In this document: positions 11,701 through 25,400 of the stretch, in pieces | Numbering within the stretch: position 1 is the first letter of the stretch | Layout: every line of letters begins with the position of its first letter | Assembly (NCBI GenBank): GCA_002189035.1 | Contig: NEEC01000102.1 | Span: forward strand, 1 to 33,962 | Length of the DNA: 33,962 bases | Origin: Utricularia gibba | Lineage: Eukaryota; Plantae; Magnoliophyta | Direction: 5' to 3' | Program-made: the position numbers and the translations under genes | Notes under the pieces: generated by a model | What the model saw: only the letters and a program-made list of their open reading frames with translations | What the model was told of the DNA's origin: nothing | The model's database searches: none

Positions 11701-14700
11701 CTCATGACATCCTAACTTCATTAAATGCATCACGATTTTCATCGAGTAGGACCCGATTGGGCTCAGGAGCCAGACCAAACCTTGGGCCCTTACAAAGCTG
11801 CCAACGACAGCACCCGCCTTAAAACGGCAAGCTGTTGCTTGAAAAACCATGTGGGCAGCCGCCGACAACCCAACGTTAATAAATGCATCACTTCTTTTGT
11901 CGGGCTACAGCTGACTTTGCCCGAGCTCGACCCGAATTCCGGCCCGATCTCGGTGACCCACAAAAGCGCCTTCTCAAGTGTATAGCATGCTGTTGAAAAA
12001 AGCATTTGGGGTGGTCATGAGATCCTAACTTCAATAAAGGTATCACGATTTTCGTCGAATGGGACCTTATTGTGCTGTGAAGTCAGACCGAACCTTGGGT
12101 CCGGACGAAGTTCCCAACAACAGCACCCGCCAAAAAACGACAACTTTTCCTTGAAAAAGCATGTAGGCAGCCGCCGAAAACCCAACGTTAATAAATGCAT
12201 CACTTTTTTGGCCGGGCTACAAATGACTATGGGCCAGAGCGCGACTCGACCATTTGCTCGATACTAGTGCCAGCCTAGAGCACCTCGTCAAATATAAATC
12301 AGGTTGTTGAGAAAACCATTTGGGGCGCTCATGACATCCTAACTTCATTAAATGCATCACGATTTTCATCGAGTAGGACCCGATTGGGCTCAGGAGCCAG
12401 ACCAAACCTTGGGCCCTTACAAAGCTGCCAACGACAGCACCCGCCTTAAAACGGCAAGCTGTTGCTTGAAAAACCATGTGGGCAGCCGCCGACAACCCAA
12501 CGTTAATAAATGCATCACTTCTTTTGTCGGGCTACAGCTGACTTTGGGCCCGAGCCGACCCGAATTCCGGCCCGATCTCGGTGACCCACAAAAGCGCCTT
12601 CTCAAGTGTAAGCATGCTGTTGAAAAAAGCATTTGGGGTGGTCATGAGATCCTAACTTCAATAAAGGTATCACGATTTTCGTCGAATGGGACCTTATTGT
12701 GCTGTGAAGTCAGACCGAACCTTGGGTCCGGACGAAGTTCCCAACAACAGCACCCGCCAAAAAACGACAACTTTTCCTTGAAAAAGCATGTAGGCAGCCG
12801 CCGAAAACCCAACGTTAATAAATGCATCACTTTTTTGGCCGGGCTACAAATGACTATGGGCCAGAGCGCGACTCGACCATTTGCTCGATACTAGTGCCAG
12901 CCTAGAGCACCTCGTCAAATATAAATCAGGTTGTTGAGAAAACCATTTGGGGCGCTCATGACATCCTAACTTCATTAAATGCATCACGATTTTCATCGAG
13001 TAGGACCCGATTGGGCTCAGGAGCCAGACCAAACCTTGGGCCCTTACAAAGCTGCCAACGACAGCACCCGCCTTAAAACGGCAAGCTGTTGCTTGAAAAA
13101 CCATGTGGGCAGCCGCCGACAACCCAACGTTAATAAATGCATCACTTCTTTTGTCGGGCTACAGCTGACTTTGGGCCCGAGCTCGACCCGAATTCCGGCC
13201 CGATCTCGGTGACCCACAAAAGCGCCTTCTCAAGTGTATAGCATGCTGTTGAAAAAAGCATTTGGGGTGGTCATGAGATCCTAACTTCAATAAAGGTATC
13301 ACGATTTTCGTCGAATGGGACCTTATTGTGCTGTGAAGTCAGACCGAACCTTGGGTCCGGACGAAGTTCCCAACAACAGCACCCGCCAAAAAACGACAAC
13401 TTTTCCTTGAAAAAGCATGTAGGCAGCCGCCGAAAACCCAACGTTAATAAATGCATCACTTTTTTGGCCGGGCTACAAATGACTATGGGCCAGAGCGCGA
13501 CTCGACCATTTGCTCGATACTAGTGCCAGCCTAGAGCACCTCGTCAAATATAAATCAGGTTGTTGAGAAAACCATTTGGGGCGCTCATGACATCCTAACT
13601 TCATTAAATGCATCACGATTTTCATCGAGTAGGACCCGATTGGGCTCAGGAGCCAGACCAAACCTTGGGCCCTTACAAAGCTGCCAACGACAGCACCCGC
13701 CTTAAAACGGCAAGCTGTTGCTTGAAAAACCATGTGGGCAGCCGCCGACAACCCAACGTTAATAAATGCATCACTTCTTTTGTCGGGCTACAGCTGACTT
13801 TGGCCCGAGCTCGACCCGAATTCCGGCCCGATCTCGGTGACCCACAAAAGCGCCTTCTCAAGTGGCATGCTGTTGAAAAAAGCATTTGGGGTGGTCATGA
13901 GATCCTAACTTCAATAAAGGTATCACGATTTTCGTCGAATGGGACCTTATTGTGCTGTGAAGTCAGACCGAACCTTGGGTCCGGACGAAGTTCCCAACAA
14001 CAGCACCCGCCAAAAAACGACAACTTTTCCTTGAAAAAGCATGTAGGCAGCCGCCGAAAACCCAACGTTAATAAATGCATCACTTTTTTGGCCGGGCTAC
14101 AAATGACTATGGGCCAGAGCGCGACTCGACCATTTGCTCGATACTAGTGCCAGCCTAGAGCACCTCGTCAAATATAAATCAGGTTGTTGAGAAAACCATT
14201 TGGGGCGCTCATGACATCCTAACTTCATTAAATGCATCACGATTTTCATCGAGTAGGACCCGATTGGGCTCAGGAGCCAGACCAAACCTTGGGCCCTTAC
14301 AAAGCTGCCAACGACAGCACCCGCCTTAAAACGGCAAGCTGTTGCTTGAAAAACCATGTGGGCAGCCGCCGACAACCCAACGTTAATAAATGCATCACTT
14401 CTTTTGTCGGGCTACAGCTGACTTTGGGCCCGAGCTCGACCCGAATTCCGGCCCGATCTCGGTGACCCACAAAAGCGCCTTCTCAAGTGTATAGCATGCT
14501 GTTGAAAAAAGCATTTGGGGTGGTCATGAGATCCTAACTTCAATAAAGGTATCACGATTTTCGTCGAATGGGACCTTATTGTGCTGTGAAGTCAGACCGA
14601 ACCTTGGGTCCGGACGAAGTTCCCAACAACAGCACCCGCCAAAAAACGACAACTTTTCCTTGAAAAAGCATGTAGGCAGCCGCCGAAAACCCAACGTTAA

Positions 14701-17700
14701 TAAATGCATCACTTTTTTGGCCGGGCTACAAATGACTATGGGCCAGAGCGCGACTCGACCATTTGCTCGATACTAGTGCCAGCCTAGAGCACCTCGTCAA
14801 ATATAAATCAGGTTGTTGAGAAAACCATTTGGGGCGCTCATGACATCCTAACTTCATTAAATGCATCACGATTTTCATCGAGTAGGACCCGATTGGGCTA
14901 GGAGCCAGACCAAACCTTGGGCCCTTACAAAGCTGCCAACGACAGCACCCGCCTTAAAACGGCAAGCTGTTGCTTGAAAAACCATGTGGGCAGCCGCCGA
15001 CAACCCAACGTTAATAAATGCATCACTTCTTTTGTCGGGCTACAGCTGACTTTGGGCCCGAGCCGACCCGAATTCCGGCCCGATCTCGGTGACCCACAAA
15101 AGCGCCTTCTCAAGTGTATAGCATGCTGTTGAAAAAAGCATTTGGGGTGGTCATGAGATCCTAACTTCAATAAAGGTATCACGATTTTCGTCGAATGGGA
15201 CCTTATTGTGCTGTGAAGTCAGACCGAACCTTGGGTCCGGACGAAGTTCCCAACAACAGCACCCGCCAAAAAACGACAACTTTTCCTTGAAAAAGCATGT
15301 AGGCAGCCGCCGAAAACCCAACGTTAATAAATGCATCACTTTTTTGGCCGGGCTACAAATGACTATGGGCCAGAGCGCGACTCGACCATTTGCTCGATAC
15401 TAGTGCCAGCCTAGAGCACCTCGTCAAATATAAATCAGGTTGTTGAGAAAACCATTTGGGGCGCTCATGACATCCTAACTTCATTAAATGCATCACGATT
15501 TTCATCGAGTAGGACCCGATTGGGCTCAGGAGCCAGACCAAACCTTGGGCCCTTACAAAGCTGCCAACGACAGCACCCGCCTTAAAACGGCAAGCTGTTG
15601 CTTGAAAAACCATGTGGGCAGCCGCCGACAACCCAACGTTAATAAATGCATCACTTCTTTTGTCGGGCTACAGCTGACTTTGGCCCCGAGCTCGACCCGA
15701 ATTCCGGCCCGATCTCGGTGACCCACAAAAGCGCCTTCTCAAGTGTATAGCATGCTGTTGAAAAAAGCATTTGGGGTGGTCATGAGATCCTAACTTCAAT
15801 AAAGGTATCACGATTTTCGTCGAATGGGACCTTATTGTGCTGTGAAGTCAGACCGAACCTTGGGTCCGGACGAAGTTCCCAACAACAGCACCCGCCAAAA
15901 AACGACAACTTTTCCTTGAAAAAGCATGTAGGCAGCCGCCGAAAACCCAACGTTAATAAATGCATCACTTTTTTGGCCGGGCTACAAATGACTATGGGCC
16001 AGAGCGCGACTCGACCATTTGCTCGATACTAGTGCCAGCCTAGAGCACCTCGTCAAATATAAATCAGGTTGTTGAGAAAACCATTTGGGGCGCTCATGAC
16101 ATCCTAACTTCATTAAATGCATCACGATTTTCATCGAGTAGGACCCGATTGGGCTCAGGAGCCAGACCAAACCTTGGGCCCTTACAAAGCTGCCAACGAC
16201 AGCACCCGCCTTAAAACGGCAAGCTGTTGCTTGAAAAACCATGTGGGCAGCCGCCGACAACCCAACGTTAATAAATGCATCACTTCTTTTGCGGGCTACA
16301 GCTGAAGCTCGACCCGAATTCCGGCCCGATCTCGGTGACCCACAAAAGCGCCTTCTCAAGTGTATAGCATGCTGTTGAAAAAAGCATTTGGGGTGGTCTG
16401 AGATCCTAACTTCAATAAAGGTATCACGATTTTCGTCGAATGGGACCTTATTGTGCTGTGAAGTCAGACCGAACCTTGGGTCCGGACGAAGTTCCCAACA
16501 ACAGCACCCGCCAAAAAACGACAACTTTTCCTTGAAAAAGCATGTAGGCAGCCGCCGAAAACCCAACGTTAATAAATGCATCACTTTTTTGGCCGGGCTA
16601 AAATGACTATGGGCCAGAGCGCGACTCGACCATTTGCTCGATACTAGTGCCAGCCTAGAGCACCTCGTCAAATATAAATCAGGTTGTTGAGAAAACCATT
16701 TGGGGCGCTCATGACATCCTAACTTCATTAAATGCATCACGATTTTCATCGAGTAGGACCCGATTGGGCTCAGGAGCCAGACCAAACCTTGGGCCCTTAC
16801 AAAGCTGCCAACGACAGCACCCGCCTTAAAACGGCAAGCTGTTGCTTGAAAAACCATGTGGGCAGCCGCCGACAACCCAACGTTAATAAATGCATCACTT
16901 CTTTTGTCGGGCTACAGCTGACTTTGGGCCCGAGCTCGACCCGAATTCCGGCCCGATCTCGGTGACCCACAAAAGCGCCTTCTCAAGTGTATAGCATGCT
17001 GTTGAAAAAAGCATTTGGGGTGGTCATGAGATCCTAACTTCAATAAAGGTATCACGATTTTCGTCGAATGGGACCTTATTGTGCTGTGAAGTCAGACCGA
17101 ACCTTGGGTCCGGACGAAGTTCCCAACAACAGCACCCGCCAAAAAACGACAACTTTTCCTTGAAAAAGCATGTAGGCAGCCGCCGAAAACCCAACGTTAA
17201 TAAATGCATCACTTTTTTGGCCGGGCTACAAATGACTATGGGCCAGAGCGCGACTCGACCATTTGCTCGATACTAGTGCCAGCCTAGAGCACCTCGTCAA
17301 ATATAAATCAGGTTGTTGAGAAAACCATTTGGGGCGCTCATGACATCCTAACTTCATTAAATGCATCACGATTTTCATCGAGTAGGACCCGATTGGGCTC
17401 AGGAGCCAGACCAAACCTTGGGCCCTTACAAAGCTGCCAACGACAGCACCCGCCTTAAAACGGCAAGCTGTTGCTTGAAAAACCATGTGGGCAGCCGCCG
17501 ACAACCCAACGTTAATAAATGCATCACTTCTTTTGTCGGGCTACAGCTGACTTTGGGCCCGAGCCGACCCGAATTCCGGCCCGATCTCGGTGACCCACAA
17601 AAGCGCCTTCTCAAGTGTAAGCATGCTGTTGAAAAAAGCATTTGGGGTGGTCATGAGATCCTAACTTCAATAAAGGTATCACGATTTTCGTCGAATGGGA

Positions 17701-19400
17701 CCTTATTGTGCTGTGAAGTCAGACCGAACCTTGGGTCCGGACGAAGTTCCCAACAACAGCACCCGCCAAAAAACGACAACTTTTCCTTGAAAAAGCATGT
17801 AGGCAGCCGCCGAAAACCCAACGTTAATAAATGCATCACTTTTTTGGCCGGGCTACAAATGACTATGGGCCAGAGCGCGACTCGACCATTTGCTCGATAC
17901 TAGTGCCAGCCTAGAGCACCTCGTCAAATATAAATCAGGTTGTTGAGAAAACCATTTGGGGCGCTCATGACATCCTAACTTCATTAAATGCATCACGATT
18001 TTCATCGAGTAGGACCCGATTGGGCTCAGGAGCCAGACCAAACCTTGGGCCCTTACAAAGCTGCCAACGACAGCACCCGCCTTAAAACGGCAAGCTGTTG
18101 CTTGAAAAACCATGTGGGCAGCCGCCGACAACCCAACGTTAATAAATGCATCACTTCTTTTGTCGGGCTACAGCTGACTTTGGGCCCGAGCTCGACCCGA
18201 ATTCCGGCCCGATCTCGGTGACCCACAAAAGCGCCTTCTCAAGTGTAAGCATGCTGTTGAAAAAAGCATTTGGGGTGGTCATGAGATCCTAACTTCAATA
18301 AAGGTATCACGATTTTCGTCGAATGGGACCTTATTGTGCTGTGAAGTCAGACCGAACCTTGGGTCCGGACGAAGTTCCCAACAACAGCACCGCCAAAAAA
18401 CGACAACTTTTCCTTGAAAAAGCATGTAGGCAGCCGCCGAAAACCCAACGTTAATAAATGCATCACTTTTTTGGCCGGGCTACAAATGACTATGGGCCAG
18501 AGCGCGACTCGACCATTTGCTCGATACTAGTGCCAGCCTAGAGCACCTCGTCAAATATAAATCAGGTTGTTGAGAAAACCATTTGGGGCGCTCATGACAT
18601 CCTAACTTCATTAAATGCATCACGATTTTCATCGAGTAGGACCCGATTGGGCTCAGGAGCCAGACCAAACCTTGGGCCCTTACAAAGCTGCCAACGACAG
18701 CACCCGCCTTAAAACGGCAAGCTGTTGCTTGAAAAACCATGTGGGCAGCCGCCGACAACCCAACGTTAATAAATGCATCACTTCTTTTGTCGGGCTACAG
18801 CTGACTTTGGGCCCGAGCCGACCCGAATTCCGGCCCGATCTCGGTGACCCACAAAAGCGCCTTCTCAAGTGTAAGCATGCTGTTGAAAAAAGCATTTGGG
18901 GTGGTCATGAGATCCTAACTTCAATAAAGGTATCACGATTTTCGTCGAATGGGACCTTATTGTGCTGTGAAGTCAGACCGAACCTTGGGTCCGGACGAAG
19001 TTCCCAACAACAGCACCCGCCAAAAAACGACAACTTTTCCTTGAAAAAGCATGTAGGCAGCCGCCGAAAACCCAACGTTAATAAATGCATCACTTTTTTG
19101 GCCGGGCTACAAATGACTATGGGCCAGAGCGCGACTCGACCATTTGCTCGATACTAGTGCCAGCCTAGAGCACCTCGTCAAATATAAATCAGGTTGTTGA
19201 GAAAACCATTTGGGGCGCTCATGACATCCTAACTTCATTAAATGCATCACGATTTTCATCGAGTAGGACCCGATTGGGCTCAGGAGCCAGACCAAACCTT
19301 GGGCCCTTACAAAGCTGCCAACGACAGCACCCGCCTTAAAACGGCAAGCTGTTGCTTGAAAAACCATGTGGGCAGCCGCCGACAACCCAACGTTAATAAA

Positions 19401-22400
19401 TGCATCACTTCTTTTGTCGGGCTACAGCTGACTTTGGGCCCGAGCCCGACCCGAATTCCGGCCCGATCTCGGTGACCCACAAAAGCGCCTTCTCAAGTGT
19501 ATAGCATGCTGTTGAAAAAAGCATTTGGGTGGTCATGAGATCCTAACTTCAATAAAGGTATCACGATTTTCGTCGAATGGGACCTTATTGTGCTGTGAAG
19601 TCAGACCGAACCTTGGGTCCGGACGAAGTTCCCAACAACAGCACCCGCCAAAAAACGACAACTTTTCCTTGAAAAAGCATGTAGGCAGCCGCCGAAAACC
19701 CAACGTTAATAAATGCATCACTTTTTTGGCTGACTATGGGCTGCGACTCGACCATTTGCTCGATACTAGTGCCAGCCTAGAGCACCTCGTCAAATAAATC
19801 AGGTTGTTGAGAAAACCATTTGGGGCGCTCATGACATCCTAACTTCATTAAATGCATCACGATTTTCATCGAGTAGGACCCGATTGGGCTCAGGAGCCAG
19901 ACCAAACCTTGGGCCCTTACAAAGCTGCCAACGACAGCACCCGCCTTAAAACGGCAAGCTGTTGCTTGAAAAACCATGTGGGCAGCCGCCGACAACCCAA
20001 CGTTAATAAATGCATCACTTCTTTTCGGGCTACAGCTGACTTTGGGCCCGAGCTCGACCCGAATTCCGGCCCGATCTCGGTGACCCACAAAAGCATGCTG
20101 CTGTGAAAAAAGCATTTTGGGACCGGTCACCTTGGGTCCAGACGAAGTCACTTCCCAACAACAGCACCCGCCAAAAAACGACAACTTTTCCTTGAAAAAG
20201 CATGTAGGCAGCCGCCGAAAACCCAACGTTAATAAATGCATCACTTTTTTGGCCGGGCTACAAATGACTATGGGCCAGAGCGCGACTCGACCATTTGCTC
20301 GATACTAGTGCCAGCCTAGAGCACCTCGTCAAATATAAATCAGGTTGTTGAGAAAACCATTTGGGGCGCTCATGACATTAACTTCATTAAATGCATCACG
20401 ATTTTCATCGAGTAGGACCCGATTGGCTCAGGAGCCAGACCAAACCTTGGGCCCTTACAAAGCTGCCAACGACAGCACCCGCCTTAAAACGGCAAGCTGT
20501 TGCTTGAAAAACCATGTGGGCAGCCGCCGACAACGTTAATAAATCACTTCTTTTGCGGGCTACAGCTGACAAGCCGACCCGAATTCCGGCCCGATCTCGG
20601 TGACCCACAAAAGCGCCTTCTCAAGTGTAGCATGCTGTTGAAAAAAGCATTTGGGTGGTCATGAGATCCTAACTTCAATAAAGGTATCACGATTTTCGTC
20701 GAATGGGACCTTATTGTGCTGTGAAGTCAGACCGAACCTTGGGTCCGGACGAAGTTCCCAACAACAGCACCCGCCAAAAAACGACAACTTTTCCTTGAAA
20801 AAGCATGTAGCAGCCGCCGAAAACCCAACGTTAATAAATGCATCACTTTTTTGGCCGGGCTACAAATGACTATGGGCCAGAGCGCGACTCGACCATTTGC
20901 TCGATACTAGTGCCAGCCTAGAGCACCTCGTCAAATATAAATCAGGTTGTTGAGAAAACCATTTGGGGCGCTCATGACATCCTAACTTCATTAAATGCAT
21001 CACGATTTTCATCGAGTAGGACCCGATTGGGCTAGGAGCCAGACCAAACCTTGGGCCCTTACAAAGCTGCCAACGACAGCACCCGCCTTAAAACGGCAAG
21101 CTGTTGCTTGAAAAACCATGTGGGCAGCCGCCGACAACCCAACGTTAATAAATGCATCACTTCTTTTGACGGGCTACAGCTGACTTTGGGCCCGAGCCGA
21201 CCCGAATTCCGGCCCGATCTCGGTGACCCACAAAAGCGCCTTCTCAAGTGTATAGCATGCTGTTGAAAAAAGCATTTGGGGTGGTCATGAGATCCTAACT
21301 TCAATAAAGGTATCACGATTTTCGTCGAATGGGACCTTATTGTGCTGTGAAGTCAGACCGAACCTTGGGTCCGGACGAAGTTCCCAACAACAGCACCCGC
21401 CAAAAAACGACAACTTTTCCTTGAAAAAGCATGTAGGCAGCCGCCGAAAACCCAACGTTAATAAATGCATCACTTTTTTGGCCGGGCTACAAATGACTAT
21501 GGGCCAGAGCGCGACTCGACCATTTGCTCGATACTAGTGCCAGCCTAGAGCACCTCGTCAAATATAAATCAGGTTGTTGAGAAAACCATTTGGGGCGCTC
21601 ATGACATCCTAACTTCATTAAATGCATCACGATTTTCATCGAGTTTGGGCTCAGGAGCCAGACCAAACCTTGGGCCCTTACAAAGCTGCCAACGACAGCA
21701 CCGCCTTAAAACGGCAAGCTGTTGCTTGGTGGGCAGCCGCCGACAACCCAACGTTAATAAATGCATCACTTCTTTTGTACAGCTGACAGCCCGACCGAAT
21801 TCAACCCACAAAAGCGCCTTCTCAAGTGTAAATGCTGTTGAAAAAAGCATTTGGGGTGGTCATGAGATCCTAACTTCAATAAAGGTATCACGATTTTCGT
21901 CGAATGGGACCTTATTGTGCTGTGAAGTCAGACCGAACCTTGGGTCCGGACGAAGTTCCCAACAACAGCACCCGCAAAAAACGACAACTTTTCCTTGAAA
22001 AAGCATGTAGGCAGCCGCCGAAAACCCAACGTTAATAAATGCATCACTTTTTTGGCCGGGCTAAAATGACTATGGGCCAGAGCGCGACTCGACCATTTGC
22101 TCGATACTAGTGCCAGCCTAGAGCACCTCGTCAAATATAAATCAGGTTGTTGAGAAAACCATTTGGGGCGCTCATGACATCCTAACTTCATTAAATGCAT
22201 CACGATTTTCATCGAGTAGGACCCGATTGGGCTAGGAGCCAGACCAAACCTTGGGCCCTTACAAAGCTGCCAACGACAGCACCCGCCTTAAAACGGCAAG
22301 CTGTTGCTTGAAAAACCATGTGGGCAGCCGCCGACAACCCAACGTTAATAAATGCATCACTTCTTTTGACGGGCTACAGCTGACTTTGTCCCCAAGCCCG

Positions 22401-25400
22401 ACCCGAATTCCGGCCCGATCTCGGTGACCCACAAAAGCCCTTCTCAAGTGTATAGCATGCTGTTGAAAAAAGCATTTGGGGTGGTCTTGAGATCCTCACT
22501 TCAATAAAGGTATCACGATTTTCGTCGAATGGGACCTTATTGTGCTGTGAAGTCAGACCGAACCTTGGGTCCGGACGAAGTTCCCAACAACAGCACCCGC
22601 CAAAAAACGACAACTTTTCCTTGAAAAAGCATGTAGGCAGCCGCCGAAAACCCAACGTTAATAAATGCATCACTTTTTTGGCCGGGCTACAAATGACTAT
22701 GGGCCAGAGCGCGACTCGACCATTTGCTCGATACTAGTGCCAGCCTAGAGCACCTCGTCAAATATAAATCAGGTTGTTGAGAAAACCATTTGGGGCGCTC
22801 ATGACATCATAACTTCATTAAATGCATCACGATTTTCATCGAGTAGGACCCGATTGGGCTAAGGAGCCAGACCAAACCTTGGGCCCTTACAAAGCTGCCA
22901 ACGACAGCACCCGCCTTAAAACGGCAAGCTGTTGCTTGAAAAACCATGTGGGCAGCCGCCGACAACCCAACGTTAATAAATGCATCACTTCTTTTGACGG
23001 GCTACAGCTGACTTTGTCCCCAAGCCCGACCCGAATTCCGGCCCGATCTCGGTGACCCACAAAAGCGCCTTCTCAAGTGTATAGCATGCTGTTGAAAAAA
23101 GCATTTGGGGTGGTCATGAGATCCTCACTTCAATAAAGGTATCACGATTTTCGTCGAATGGGACCTTATTGTGCTGTGAAGTCAGACCGAACCTTGGGTC
23201 CGGACGAAGTTCCCAACAACAGCACCCGCCAAAAAACGACAACTTTTCCTTGAAAAAGCATGTAGGCAGCCGCCGAAAACCCAACGTTAATAAATGCATC
23301 ACTTTTTTGGCCGGGCTACAAATGACTATGGGCCAGAGCGCGACTCGACCATTTGCTCGATACTAGTGCCAGCCTAGAGCACCTCGTCAAATATAAATCA
23401 GGTTGTTGAGAAAACCATTTGGGGCGCTCATGACATCCTAACTTCATTAAATGCATCACGATTTTCATCGAGTAGGACCCGATTGGGCTAAGGAGCCAGA
23501 CCAAACCTTGGGCCCTTACAAAGCTGCCAACGACAGCACCCGCCTTAAAACGGCAAGCTGTTGCTTGAAAAACCATGTGGGCAGCCGCCGACAACCCAAC
23601 GTTAATAAATGCATCACTTCTTTTGACGGGCTACAGCTGACTTTGGCCCGAAGCCGACCCGAATTCCGGCCCGATCTCGGTGACCCACAAAAGCGCCTTC
23701 TCAAGTGTAAGCATGCTGTTGAAAAAAGCATTTGGGGTGGTCATGAGATCCTAACTTCAATAAAGGTATCACGATTTTCGTCGAATGGGACCTTATTGTG
23801 CTGTGAAGTCAGACCGAACCTTGGGTCCGGACGAAGTTCCCAACAACAGCACCCGCCAAAAAACGACAACTTTTCCTTGAAAAAGCATGTAGGCAGCCGC
23901 CGAAAACCCAACGTTAATAAATGCATCACTTTTTTGGCCGGGCTACAAATGACTATGGGCCAGAGCGCGACTCGACCATTTGCTCGATACTAGTGCCAGC
24001 CTAGAGCACCTCGTCAAATATAAATCAGGTTGTTGAGAAAACCATTTGGGGCGCTCATGACATCCTAACTTCATTAAATGCATCACGATTTTCATCGAGT
24101 AGGACCCGATTGGGCTCAGGAGCCAGACCAAACCTTGGGCCCTTACAAAGCTGCCAACGACAGCACCCGCCTTAAAACGGCAAGCTGTTGCTTGAAAAAC
24201 CATGTGGGCAGCCGCCGACAACCCAACGTTAATAAATGCATCACTTCTTTTGCGGGCTACAGCTGACTTTGAGCCCGACCCGAATTCCGGCCCGATCTCG
24301 GTGACCCACAAAAGCGCCTTCTCAAGTGTATAGCATGCTGTTGAAAAAAGCATTTGGGTGGTCATGAGATCCTAACTTCAATAAAGGTATCACGATTTTC
24401 GTCGAATGGGACCTTATTGTGCTGTGAAGTCAGACCGAACCTTGGGTCCGGACGAAGTTCCCAACAACAGCACCCGCCAAAAAACGACAACTTTTCCTTG
24501 AAAAAGCATGTAGGCAGCCGCCGAAAACCCAACGTTAATAAATGCATCACTTTTTTGGCCGGGCTACAAATGACTATGGGCCAGAGCGCGACTCGACCAT
24601 TTGCTCGATACTAGTGCCAGCCTAGAGCACCTCGTCAAATATAAATCAGGTTGTTGAGAAAACCATTTGGGGCGCTCATGACATCATAACTTCATTAAAT
24701 GCATCACGATTTTCATCGAGTAGGACCCGATTGGGCTTTGAGAAGTTATTTGGGCAGCCTTACATCAACCTGCCAACGACAACACTTTTCCTTGAAAACA
24801 TCACGATGCCGAATGAACCCCAACGTTTCTAAATGCATTAATAAATGCATCACTTTTTTGGCCGGGCTACAAATGACTATGGGCCAGAGCGCGACTCGAC
24901 CATTTGCTCGATACTAGTGCCAGCCTAGAGCACCTCGTCAAATATAAATCAGGTTGTTGAGAAAACCATTTGGGGCGCTCATGAGCCCGACATTATTCAT
25001 TACGATTTCATCAGAGCGACCCTCTTTCTAGCATGCCAAAAAAGCATCCCGAGATTGTTGGGACCCTTCAAAGCTTCCCAACAACAGCACCCGCCAAAAA
25101 ACGACAACTTTTCCTTGAAAAAGCATGTAGGCAGCCGCCGAAAACCCAACGTTAATAAATGCATCACTTTTTTGGCACAAATGACTGTTGCTCGATGTGT
25201 AACCATGTGGGATTTTCATCGCCCGATTGGGCCCAGACCAAACCTACACTGTTAATAAATGCATCATCTTCTTTTGACGGGCTACAGCTGACTTTGTCCC
25301 CAAGCCCGACCCGAATTCCGGCCCGATCTCGGTGACCCACAAAAGCGCCTTCTCAAGTGTATGCAGCCCCGGGAAATGACCCAAGTCAGACCGAACCTTG

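Larger units (their letters stand above)
480..19400 (+). repeat. Haplotype-1 HOR domain
   Basis: Units carry GTCATGAGATCCTAAC, CATCCTAAC, GGGCTCAGG, CACCCGCCTT, TTTGTCGGG and TTGGGCCCGAGCTCGACC, apart from scattered small deletions. Boundaries are approximate. Confidence 0.9.

Noticed and set aside
15982-16875. Longest ORF (297 aa, minus strand) and the ~180-aa ORFs at 12352, 13608, 17361, 18615 and 23451
   Set aside because: These are fusions of the short repeat ORFs created by local deletions that are probably consensus errors. The 297-aa product simply repeats its own N-terminus.
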